A stretch of DNA of 64,000 bases from the NCBI GenBank assembly GCA_964187785.1, contig OZ076409.1, positions 3,722,001 to 3,786,000 on the forward strand, in the 5' to 3' direction. The DNA comes from Amphiscolops sp. MND2022. Taxonomy: Eukaryota. Positions 23,007 to 33,900 of the stretch are shown in pieces. Below the pieces are notes generated by a model that ran no database searches, was not told the DNA's origin, and was given only the letters and a program-made list of their open reading frames with translations. A program made the position numbers and the translations under genes. The stretch's first letter is position 1. Each line of letters starts with the position of its first letter.

Positions 23007-25349
23007 TGTTACGACTATTGTTCGGTGTTGTTTTAGAACTAGTCGCAGTTCGTGACTTGACTGGGGTGGACGTTCCTGTTACGGAGATGTTTTCTTGGTC
23101 AGAATCAGAATCTTGTATGTTCGAACTAACTGTGCGTTTCTTGTTCGTTGGTGCTATTAACTTGAGCATTTCCTTTTGATTTTCGGCTAATATCTTTGTT
23201 AGATCAGTCATTATTTCTTTTCTCAGAGTTGTTTTCATTTCCTCCAAGTTTTCAAGCTCGAGTCTAGGATTTTTACTAGAACTAGGTATCAGGTTTTCAA
23301 TAGAGCCATTCTCATTCAGGGAAGCTTCAAAATCTCCTGACACTAACTCAGCTACAGCTTTCCTCTTCTGGCTTCTAGTTGTCATTTTGATAGAGAGAGA
23401 GAGAAGGTATCTTTGGAAAAATTGAATTCTTCAAAGATTTAAGTTTTCTTTTGAATACGTTGTAGTAACGGAACAAAACTGATTGTTACAAGGCAAGTCA
23501 AAATTGTAAACTTTACATGTATGTACTACATATTTATACTTTCCCAGCATCATTTGTTCCTCACCTAAAAATTCCTAGGTATCACAAAATCGGGTTTGTT
23601 CAACAAAAAGCGCTAATGATTCATATCATTTCAGTCCCGCGTCGTAAAATCAGGCATCAAAATTCCTAGTTGCGTCAGCGTTCCGTAAAATTTGTTGAAA
23701 TCATTTTTGTTCAGGCAACCCCATTTCCTGTTTAAAGCTCAAAATTGCGGTAAAATAAAAGTCTAGCTTGCATTTCCATCAGCGCAAGCACGCCGGCATG
23801 AACAATTAGTCAACTTCCAATTTGGGAAGCTGAGATTCGAAGCAACAGAATGACACTCAAAAATGGTGACGGAATGACGACGGAATAAATCAATTTGGAA
23901 GCGGAGGAAAAACATGGAAAATTGGTATAAAGGAACAAACGATGCTGAAACTATAATCTCAAATTCAAACATATGAATTACCTGCTAATGGTATGCTATA
24001 TCGTTTACATTGAACACAAATTAAGTCCAAACAGGACTTTAACGAGATACAACAAAGATGAGCGCAACATAATCGTAATAATAAACGGAAAGCAACTTCA
24101 ACACTTTGCACAATAATCATGAAATTTATCAAAACATAATCGAAGTCTGATCACTAGCCCGATTGTCATTATCATGAAATACAACTGTCACTACTGGCTT
24201 GGAGCCTATGAATTGGCGTTGACCTTACGTCCTACGTTAGGATTATCATTAATATATTTTGAATGCCGTAGTAAATCAAGTAGATTTGTTCCCTTAAAGG
24301 GGAACTAAATAAGGCGTAATGTCAACGTGTTTTAGTGATTTACCATGATGATACAAATCCAGAACATAAAATTACCATTGCAATTTTCTATCATTCTTCC
24401 TTACAGTACAGTTTTCCTTATGTAAAATCATAACTCTTAAATCTTTCAAATGCATCGATTTAAAAGGCTTCGTTTGGATTTCGTTTGAAGCAGTATTTTT
24501 CATTTGCAATTTTACAATTCGCTCCGTAGGTGCTACGTATTAAGATTATCTATAGCAGAACAGCGGAATACAATTTTACAATCCGCTCCGTAAGTGTTCC
24601 GTACGTATTGAGATTGCTCATAGCTTAGCTGTTGCATCAAGCGAAGAGAAAGAGGAGTGCGTAGGTGAATTCATTCTCTTTCTCTTATTCCAATTGGTGT
24701 TGCTAGGGGCAACCGAAATTGATTCTATTCGACTTAGCTAAGAATAGTTCTATCAATAGAGTGACGTTATCGGTCCGTAGAAGCAAAATTCCTAATATTA
24801 GCTCAGTAGATTGACGTTGCCATAGCGTTGTAAATATTTGCCTAAATCACTTGGCTGTGCTTTTAAGTGAATATTGACAACCACTTCATCTCTGGAAAAC
24901 AATTCCGCTCTATTATTTGTCTGTTCCTTTTCATTTTAGATTGTATGAATTCCGTTGGGATCTCGGAATTGAATTTTATTTTAATGTTTTCATTTTAGTG
25001 TGGACCAGTGGAAAGAATGATCCCAATTATAAATGTTCATTTTAGTGTTTAGATTAGTATGGCAGGAAATCAGAAGATCATACCGGAAATGAAAAATCTT
25101 ATCACGCGCAGGGGATATTTGACCGGATGTTTTAGCTAAAAATCATTTCTGAAAAGTGTTCCGTAACGTTTACGCTAGGTTTTGTATTTGGAAAATTATC
25201 TGCAATCGATTCAGCTGTACTGTAAGTAGAATTTAGATTAGTTTTAAAATTAGTTTAATAGAGTTTACCTCGGCCTTTTCCTCGACCTCTTCCAAAGCCG
25301 GGTATGCCGCTACAGCAGTAGAAATTACGACCGGGAGCGGGTCGTGACA
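23007..25349 (-). repeat. 3' LTR (2,343 bp)
   Basis: Near-identical to 37279-39621; preceded on the minus strand by the purine-rich AAGAGGGGCCC. Confidence 0.97.
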
Positions 25350-26160
25350 GGGCCCCTCTTGAACCAAGAGACAAGGGTAGAGCGTTGCAGTGCGGGATCT
25401 CTTTTCGGATAATGATTGGGGGGCGTCCGTTGTGTAGGCGCCTGCCGCGAGCAAGACCTCTGCCCTCCTTCATCTTGGCTATGAGTTTTTCTTCTTCTTC
25501 CATTTCGTGACTTTCCTTTTCTATTTGCGCCCATACAGCAGGACAAAATTCGGGTGGCCCACTTGGTTTGCTCGAGTTGCCTAATGTACAATTGCATTTT
25601 TCTTTTCCCTCCGTAGGGGGAACGTTTTCCTTTCTGCGGGGTAAGAATGGGGGTTGTCTGGGGCATTCCATTGCTTTCAGGCCACGGTCACGTCTGGCGG
25701 TTGCGGAGAACTGACGGTCTTCTAAATCTAAGTTGTATAGTGCGTCCAGATCAGCTAGCGGGGGTTCATTTAGGTCATTCAGCCTGACCGTATTCGGTAT
25801 TCTTTCATTTCCCAGCAAGGGAATTTTACCTTTCGGAGTGGACGCGGTTTCTGCCCGAGAGGACTGCTCCTTCGGGGAAGATGGTTCTTCGTAGTAGTCA
25901 TCTGTGTCCGAATTGGCTGCTGACAAGTTGAACGTGACTCGCCCGAACTTCTTTTTCTTTTTGGGGGTGGGCCCAAATTTCCTCGGGGAGACATCGGAAC
26001 CAAAAGAAGACTCTAAGTCTGCGTCACTCCCGCGGTAAACTTCGACTGAGGAGTCACTTAGAGTTCCTACCGTATTCAGTGGCAGCGTTTTCAGCGGAGT
26101 GCTCGTGCGATTATTTTCCTCATCAGAAGAGATGTCAATAACCAAGCTATATCCGTTCAT
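25255..26160 (-). CDS. Accessory sense ORF (301 aa), low-complexity with NLS-like and RG-rich segments, overlapping the 3' LTR
   Basis: Intact ATG-to-stop ORF with PKKKKKF and GRGRGKGRG; crosses the PPT and ends 95 nt inside the LTR. Confidence 0.7.
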   Translation of the reverse strand: MNGYSLVIDISSDEENNRTSTPLKTLPLNTVGTLSDSSVEVYRGSDADLESSFGSDVSPRKFGPTPKKKKKFGRVTFNLSAANSDTDDYYEEPSSPKEQSSRAETASTPKGKIPLLGNERIPNTVRLNDLNEPPLADLDALYNLDLEDRQFSATARRDRGLKAMECPRQPPFLPRRKENVPPTEGKEKCNCTLGNSSKPSGPPEFCPAVWAQIEKESHEMEEEEKLIAKMKEGRGLARGRRLHNGRPPIIIRKEIPHCNALPLSLGSRGALSRPAPGRNFYCCSGIPGFGRGRGKGRGKLY

Positions 26161-26751
26161 CTTGTTGAGAATTTCAGATTGTTTTATTTCAAGGATTTTC
26201 CTTGTTGGCGACGATTGTGCGTTAAGAAAATTGTGCTGGTCAAGCTTTATGAAGATTGGACGACAAATGACCGTTTCAAATTCTTTCTTACGTAATTTTT
26301 ATCGAAATTCTATTGGTCGGTTTTTCCGTTTTCGTTCCGGTGCGTCCCGAGTTAAGAAAAGAGATTTCTTTCATCTGCGCAGTGATTGGTTGAAACTCAT
26401 AGAAAATCTTCCAATTTTATCTTCTTTCTTCTTTCTGTTTAATGGCGCGATGACGTCATTGATTTTTCTCGAATGTTCTACGTTCATATTCCGTAATTTT
26501 CAAAATGCCATCTTTTCTTCAGAGCTCCTTGATGAATCTTTTATTCATCCGTATGCTTTTTGGAACGTTTTGTCCCGTCACTGCCGTAATGGGCTTTCAC
26601 TGAAGTTGAAGTTTAGATGATTTTTAATTACGTAGGGATGACGTTAATGATTTCTTTTAGGGTGTCAACTTTTACTCGACGTGATTTCTATTTTGTTGAT
26701 TTCTTTTCCCTTTTTAGATTTCGTTGGCATTCGCTATTGTCACTTTTGATC
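26161..26751. promoter_or_regulatory. Candidate bidirectional internal promoter
   Basis: Lies between two divergent genes; CCAAT/ATTGG at ~26255, 26312, 26385 and 26411; TGACGTCA at 26451-26458. Confidence 0.45.
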
Positions 26752-29700
26752 ATGAGTGAAAACGCTGTTCCTCTTGATGTCTCTGGTTTTCTCAGGGGCA
26801 TGAGACTAACTTCTGCTTCACTGAAGACGACGCTTATCCCTCGGAAACGGAAGTTATAGTTACATCTTCAGGTTGGTAAAAATCTTTCTGACTTCTTGGG
26901 TAGTAGGACTATTTTTGTTTTGGTGATCAGCCTTTTATAGTCTTACCCGTAACTCTGACGCGTCTGAACCAGATCTTGATTTTCAGTAACTCAACCTGGA
27001 ACTTCCTTGGCTGTTGTTTCCGCTACCACTACGGGTGGGACATCTGCTAACCCCGTGGGGTTATCTTCGCTGGGTTCTTCTTCGAAGCTGCCTCCAGTGA
27101 CTTCAGTGCTGGTTCCTGAGCAGTCCATCAATGATGCTTTGACATCGTTGCTTCCCGCTTGTCCTACTACTGAGTCTTCAGTTGTTGCGGGCATTGATGT
27201 TTCCTCTGCCGTTCCTCCTGATTTGTCCGAGGTAGTTCCGGGCATTGATGTTTCCTCTGCCGTTCCTCCTGATTTGTCCGAGGTAGTTCCGGGCGATTTT
27301 GATGTCAGTGTGGAGCCTCATGAAGGTGAGGCTGCTACCACCTCCACAGGAGAAGAAAGAGCTGTAGAAGAGGAGGATACGCCAGTCTGTAAGTTGTGTG
27401 ATTGGTTTCTTTTGTTGTTGTTGTTGTTTTTTTTGTTTTTTTTGTCAACTTGTTGGTTTCTGTTTTCCATTTCTTATCACTCTTGTGTTGTAGGTTCGAA
27501 AGTGTTTCCATTCCGGAAGACGAGCGTGAAGTTCATGGAATCGTCTCCGAAATTGAAAAGGACAACACGGGTCGCAGATGTTGATGCTACCTTGAGTGGT
27601 TGGAGTGGGGCAGAAGACGTATCATTCTCGGCAACTCCCGTGTCACCCGAGATGATGCAGCTGGGTCGTCAGTTGGCTTCGACGGTAGAGGAGCGTACTG
27701 CTCGGCAGATACAGACAGGTGAGTTGTTTATTTGTGATTGGCCTCTGGTTGGAATGGTGTGTGGTACGTTGCAGCGACGTTTGTTTTGGGTGTTACATTT
27801 GTTTGATTGGTTTTGTGCGTGTTATAGGCTTCAGCGAGCTTGTTGAGAAAGTGGAGAGTCACTTTGAGCGCCCGAAGGCGAAGAAATATAGCAGTCGGAA
27901 GTTGTTGCACCGTCGGATGCTAGCGCTGAATCCATTGTTTGCTGATTTCGTGACGGGTTCGGAGTGTGGAAGTGCAAAGGTCTTCTATTGTCGCATTTGT
28001 AGAAGAGACGTAAAGATGGGTTCAAAAGGGTCAGCTGAGTTTGCTCGTCACTTTGAGTCAAAGAAGCACTGGGAGCAGGACGTCACATATCGTGTGCACA
28101 TGGGTCTCCCTGTGTACAACAAGCTAATGGAGCCCATGGAGCTGAGTGCCCGTCAGAAGGACGACTTCCTTTCGCGGCCCTTCGTGGATTTGGGCGGGGA
28201 GTTTCCTTTCCCTGAGGACATGTTGCCCAAACATTCGAAGGCTTCTTCGAAAGTGCCACTGATGACTCTCGTTTCAAGCTTGAGTGATGTGTTGCGCAGT
28301 GGCGGGGATTTCACGTTGGTTCGTCGTCTGTGGGGCTACTTCCTTGCGTCTCTGGGCGGTCGGGATCCAGAATTCTCTCTACAGTGGAGTCGCTCAGAGA
28401 CTGTGGTTAGTATTTTGTGTGTTTGGTACATTTAGTGGGTGGTGTTCTGTTATGTGGTGTTTGCTCCTTTTATTGTAAGCCGCTAGGTGACCGTAAAGAT
28501 ATACTGTTGTGTGATTTCGCTCTCCGTTGTGGTTTATTTTCTCTTCCTTCTTCTTGTCATTTGGGTGTTTGTTTCAGTCCGTGTTGTGTCAAGGCCTTGT
28601 TCCCCGAGTGCTGCGCGTGATGTTCAAGAACATTGGGCAATTTCGGGAGTATTCTCTGCAGTACGAAAAGGATACGGAGGTAGAACGTTGTTTCGTTCTC
28701 TTCTGGGAAGACAACTATTTGAAGAAGGTATGTGTCGGTTGTGAGTCGCTGCTGCAGCGTGTGCCAAAACCAGAGTTGCTGCCCTTGGCACGAGTCGTCT
28801 GTAGTTTACCGTCTGGGAAGTTGCCTTTGGCTATAGTTGGCGGAAGTCCGTCCTTAGTCCGTGTCTTGAGTGACACTCGCGCTGACAGTCGTGTCTTTGT
28901 GTCTTACCAGCCCTTCACTAGTGAGATGTTGATTCGCTGTATTCGGCAAGCCTATCAGGACGTGTTCAGTATGATGGAGGTGACTTCTCTGGTGGATTAT
29001 ACTGTGTTACGTTTGAAAACTGCCATTTACGAGGACTGGATGGAGGAGAGAGCCATACTGTGTAAAAGTGTTCGTCAGGGCCACGTGGAATTCGCTGATT
29101 TGCGGGAAGTACTGTCAGATCTGATAGAGCTATGGCCTTCAATACGTCCATTTGTTCGATGTACTGGTAACCCTGAGGCTAAGGACAAAGCTGAACGGGT
29201 GAGTGAAAATTGTTCCTTCCGTCCGGTGTAGTTGCGGTGTTACTTTTTGTCAAATCAGGTTGTGTATTTTAGCTACAGGGGATTGATTGGTTACTAACTG
29301 CCAATAATATGATAACTTATCGGTTCAGTCTGCTGAAAGTGATTCTTGATACTTGTGAGTGTTTTCTTTTGAGTTGATAGATTGTTTTTTGACTGTTGTT
29401 GACTGCGTATTTGTTCGTATTAGTGGCTGTTCTTTCCTGTCTTCCTCTTTTGTGTATTGGGGTAGGGTTGTTCTTCTGTTGTATACAAATCATGGTGTAT
29501 GTTTTAGTTTACAACAATTGCCCCAGATTTCGACAGGATCAGGCGGATTATGCTTTCCGCGCTTATGGCGAGTTTTGCAATTTTGTGTATTGCCTGCTCT
29601 TGAAAACTCGCAGCACCAGTGGTCTTCCTGAAATTCATGCTTGGGAGTGTTACATGGATGCCGTGAAGGTCCGGGATTTCGCTGTTGTTCCGTGTGATTC

Positions 29701-30808
29701 TTTCCTCTCTAATCATGACTTGGGGCAACAGTTATCCGCAGGCAAGACGAAAGAGTATGTGGCTTTCCGACTTCATTGTCGTCAGTTCGTTGATCGTCTG
29801 ATCATCATTTTACTGGAAAGCACATATGCACGTTCTATTATTGCCAAGGGGATGTGTAGTTTCTGCACCGAGTTGATGCTGGAAGGCGATGATGTGGCCG
29901 TTTTCAGTCTATTTGCGGATTTGTGCCGTATTCTTGTATCCTGTGGTTCGCTGAGTGTGGACGAAAGTAGTGCAGCTTTGGAGGAACATGCAAGTTTCAT
30001 TGTGGAAAAACGTGGGTATCATTCTTCGTCAGGGCAGTCTGCTGGTGACATCGTGAATGTGGTGCCGTACCTGCTCCGTGATGTAGGGTTCTTGTCACGA
30101 CCACATTTGCTCCGGGTATTCAAGTTGTGTTGTCTTGTCGCGGGAGTGTCTGTCGCACGCTATCCTGCCGTGTCTCTGGATTTATCTGGTTTTGCATTGA
30201 GTGTTGCAGACTTTCAGAGCTGTGTGCAACTGGTGCAGTCTTATATATTGAGCGAAGGGTATTCGCATCAATCCTTCTTCAGTGATCAGACTCTTATAGT
30301 TGTGAAGAAGGCCATCGCAGATGCTGGTAGATTCTTTGGAGCGTCTGACTTCAGTATGTGGACAGATTTTTGCAGGGAGGATGTAGATGCCTTTGTTGTG
30401 AAGTATAGTGCCTTATTTACTACTTTCCTCGCAGAGCGCCGGAAAAGCTTCGATGCCCGTTATGTGGAGTACAACAATGCAAATCGGATGTCCCGGCTAT
30501 CGGATAGTGGCGATACAGCTGGTTCGAGTGGTTCCTTGAGTTCTGTGATCCAGCGGAAGAGGCAAGATACAGGTCCTCCAAGTGTTGTTTCTATGAAATC
30601 TGGTGGCAGTAAGTCAAGTAATGGCGGAACGAAGTCGGAGTCTAAGTCTGCTACTATTTCGTTTAAAAGGAAGCAGCAGAAAAACGTCGGTGGTGATTCG
30701 GGTGGTGGAGCTGGTTCGTCTAAAGGAAGAAAGAAAGTTGTACGAGAAGCTGATGATGATGGTTCTGGTAGTCAGCCGAAGTCTAAGAAAGTGTCCAAAA
30801 ACTGTTGA
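26752..30808 (+). CDS. Antisense multi-exon gene (~1,100 aa): BED-like zinc finger plus degenerate hAT-transposase-like body
   Basis: Exons (start uncertain)-26871, 26987-27388, 27494-27718, 27828-28405, 28578-29198, 29273-29354, 29508-30808. All six introns are GT-AG and phase-compatible. Contains FYCRICRRDVKMGSKGSAEFARHFESKKH. Confidence 0.82.
27190..27293 (+). repeat. 51-bp in-frame tandem duplication (GIDVSSAVPPDLSEVVP x2)
   Basis: Exact direct repeat within exon 2. Confidence 0.9.
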
Positions 30809-30962
30809 TGATTTAGTTTCATTTGGGTTTTGATGTAGTTATATTTTCTTTTTATTGTCTGCTGATCTTTGTTGTATTAGTTTTTGGGTATGTAGTTTTA
30901 GAGAGTCTTGAGAAAAATTGACGTAGCCATTCCGGTTCGGTTTGGTTTGTTGAGTTTTTTAG

Positions 30963-33900
30963 CTAGTCTTGAGTTGGACGTGAGTCCTCCGTAGTAACTG
31001 AGTCAAGCATTCGAAAATCAGGATTGACATTGGGTTTCGGATTAGGTCGCAAGTTGTATCTTCCCACTTTTCTAGGGTTATATCCAACGACGATAGGCGG
31101 CAATTCGGGTGTTTTGGGAGGGCTGTGTATCGGTGGTGGGGTCAAAATATATGGGTTATCGCTGACATCTAGGTCAAATGACGTTATATTGTCGGAAGGT
31201 GTTTTATCTTCTGCAGTATTTTCATTTGTGGATGTTTGAGCCACGTCGTTTTCCGTTGTAGGTGCGTCTGTGGTTATTTTAACCACGTCATTTTCCACTA
31301 TACTTTCTTTGGTGGTTGTTTTAACCACATCATTTTCCGTTGTACTTTCGTCGTTTCCTGCTATGTCTTCGATTTCTGTAAGTGTAGCTTCTTTGGCGGC
31401 GTTTTCCGTATTGTTTCCGAACAGAACTTCTCCGAATTCGGTTTCCCAAGCTTGCGCGTACCAATCATTGTGGGTTGTTTTAACCTCTGGGTCTGGAAGG
31501 TAATCTTCCCTTCTGACTGTTACGTCAGGTACTCGCTGATTGGGCGCATATAGCCTTAGGCGAATTCTGTGGAGGGTTTGAGTATACCTAGTTCCCGTGC
31601 GGCGTACGACGTAGTTGTTGTTCGAGAGTACTTTGACTACTATGTAGGGTCCAGTCCAGATGCAATCTTTAAAGGCAAATTTCATTGACTGGTTGTCTGC
31701 CTTCGGATTAAGGACGTAGCAGTAGTCGTTGACTTTGAGTGGCGTTGCTGTTGCTTTCTTGTCATAGTACTGTTTGTACTTTAAGTAGGACTGCATTAGA
31801 TTTTCTTTGGCGGCATGGTGTATTTCGGATATTTGCTTCTGTAGTTTATCCGTCAGTTCTTCGTTGTTATCTTTTTTCCATTCAGGTTTCAATCCGAGTT
31901 TTATGTCTAGGATGTTGTACGGAATGCGTCCGTGAAATACTGTTGTAGGTTCACAACCTAGGCTTTCATGATAGCTCGTATTGTAGTTCATGACCGCGAT
32001 CTGGACATATTTATGCCACATAGAGCGTCGTTCTCCCGTTGATATCTTTAGGGAGGTTTTCAAAGAGGCATGAGTCCTTTCTAGGATGCCAATTGTTTGA
32101 GCGTGTTTCGTCGATGCGTGGCTTATCCGTATATCCAATGTTTGTGTTATTTGATTGACTACTTCTGACCTGAATTGTGATCCTTTATCTGTTAGAATGA
32201 CGGTCGGCAGGTAGCAGTGTCGTGTCATGACGTCTATTATGCATCGTGCGACTGTTTTGGCTGTCATGTCCTGTGTCGGGTAAGCGAAAAGGTAACGTGA
32301 AAAAACATCCATCATCGTTATGATGTGTTGGTATCCATTTGAGGAAGGTAGGTTTGGTAGAATGTCTACTTCTAGGCAGTCTTCTGGTCCCATTGTGAAT
32401 TCAGTGTTGCTTAGCATTTTGGGGCGTATTTGTCTTGTGTCAATTCTTTTATTGGCAATGCAGTCTTGACAGCTGGTTACCCAAGCTCTGATTTTACGTG
32501 CAAGACCCGGGAAGTAGTATTTCGCTCTGCATTCTTGTATCATTTTTGCGATTCCTGGATGTTTATTTGTTTTCCCATGTAGAGTGGCCAAGAGTTCTGG
32601 GACTAGGTGTTTCGGAATTATAATTTGATTATGGGTGACTGATCCGTCTTCTCCGTAGTATTTCCGCATCAGAACTCCATCTTTCATTATGATTCTTTCT
32701 TCATGGCGTAATAGGTTTCGTCCTCGTGGTTCAGTTTTGAGAAGGTGTTTGTCATATTCTTCATGTGAGATCCGTTGTTTCAGTGCTTTGAGGAGAGGGT
32801 CTGCATCTTGTTCGTTTCTGATCCGTGCATTTTCTTTGATTGCGCCGAAGGAGTAGACTGCGGAGTTGAGTGGTATCTTGATGACTTCGGTTACTTTTGT
32901 TGATAGTTCTCTCTCATGTTCGTCTAGGGCGCGTTGTTTGCTGAGTGCTTTTCGGGCAAAGATTTCTTGTTCAGATTCATCTTCTTCATCAGGTAGGAAG
33001 AAAAGTTGTTCTTCGTCAGCTACATCTGATGATTGTAGATTGACCTCAATTGGGGACGTTAGGATGTCGTCTCGTAGTTTAAGTTGTACCTTTTCTTTCG
33101 GTGTGAGTTCGAGTCTTGAAAGAAAACCTGCTGCTGTGTTTTGGGAGCCTGCTACGTGCATGATTCGAAACTTGAACTGTAATACATAGTCACAGGCATT
33201 CCAGAGTGCAGGGGGTGTCGTTTTGGTCTGGAAGAATCTCGTTACTGAGCGGTTGTCTGTTAAGACTAGGGTTGGAATTGTTGCTTCCCATAGTATGTGA
33301 CTGTATTCGAGGAATGCATGATAGATTGCTAAGAATTCCTTGCAGTAGATAGACATTTTCAGTTGTGCAGGTGAAAAAACTCGTGATCCGAACGCTACTG
33401 GTGCGAAGGTTTTTCGTTTGGAGAATATTTTGCGTTCATCGTTCTCCTCAATCATGAAGGCGTAGCCTGACGCACGAAAGCTTGCATCCGTCATTAGGAC
33501 GTATTGTTTTCCTGCTATGGGCTGTCGGAGCGCAAGTCCACAAGCTTCCGCTAAACTGGCGTTAATTTCCTTAAAGTTATCGACAAGTTCTTCTGATATT
33601 CTGATCTTGGAGTCTGCTTTAAGAAGTTCGTACATGCCAAGCTTTTCTGACAAGCGCGGTATGTAGTTGCGGTAATAGTTAACAAAGCCAATGTACTTTT
33701 GAACTTGTTTTTTGGATTTGGGGAAGAGTACTTTGGAGAGGAAATTTTTGACTTTTTGATCTTGCGGGGCTACTCCGTCGGGGGTGATGATTCGGCCAAG
33801 AAATTCGATTTGGGTTACTCCAAAATGGCATTTTTCGATGGTTAGTTTTAGTCCTGCTTTCCTAATGCATTTGAAGACTGCTCCGATGTTTTTTATGAGC

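Noticed and set aside
22930..23385. 151-aa ORF as an independent gene
   Set aside because: It is the 3' LTR copy of the gag N-terminus running into flanking DNA.
25255..30808. env gene in the post-pol position
   Set aside because: No signal peptide or TM anchor. The hydrophobic runs in the raw ORFs (e.g. WFLLLLLLFFLFF) come from T-rich introns.
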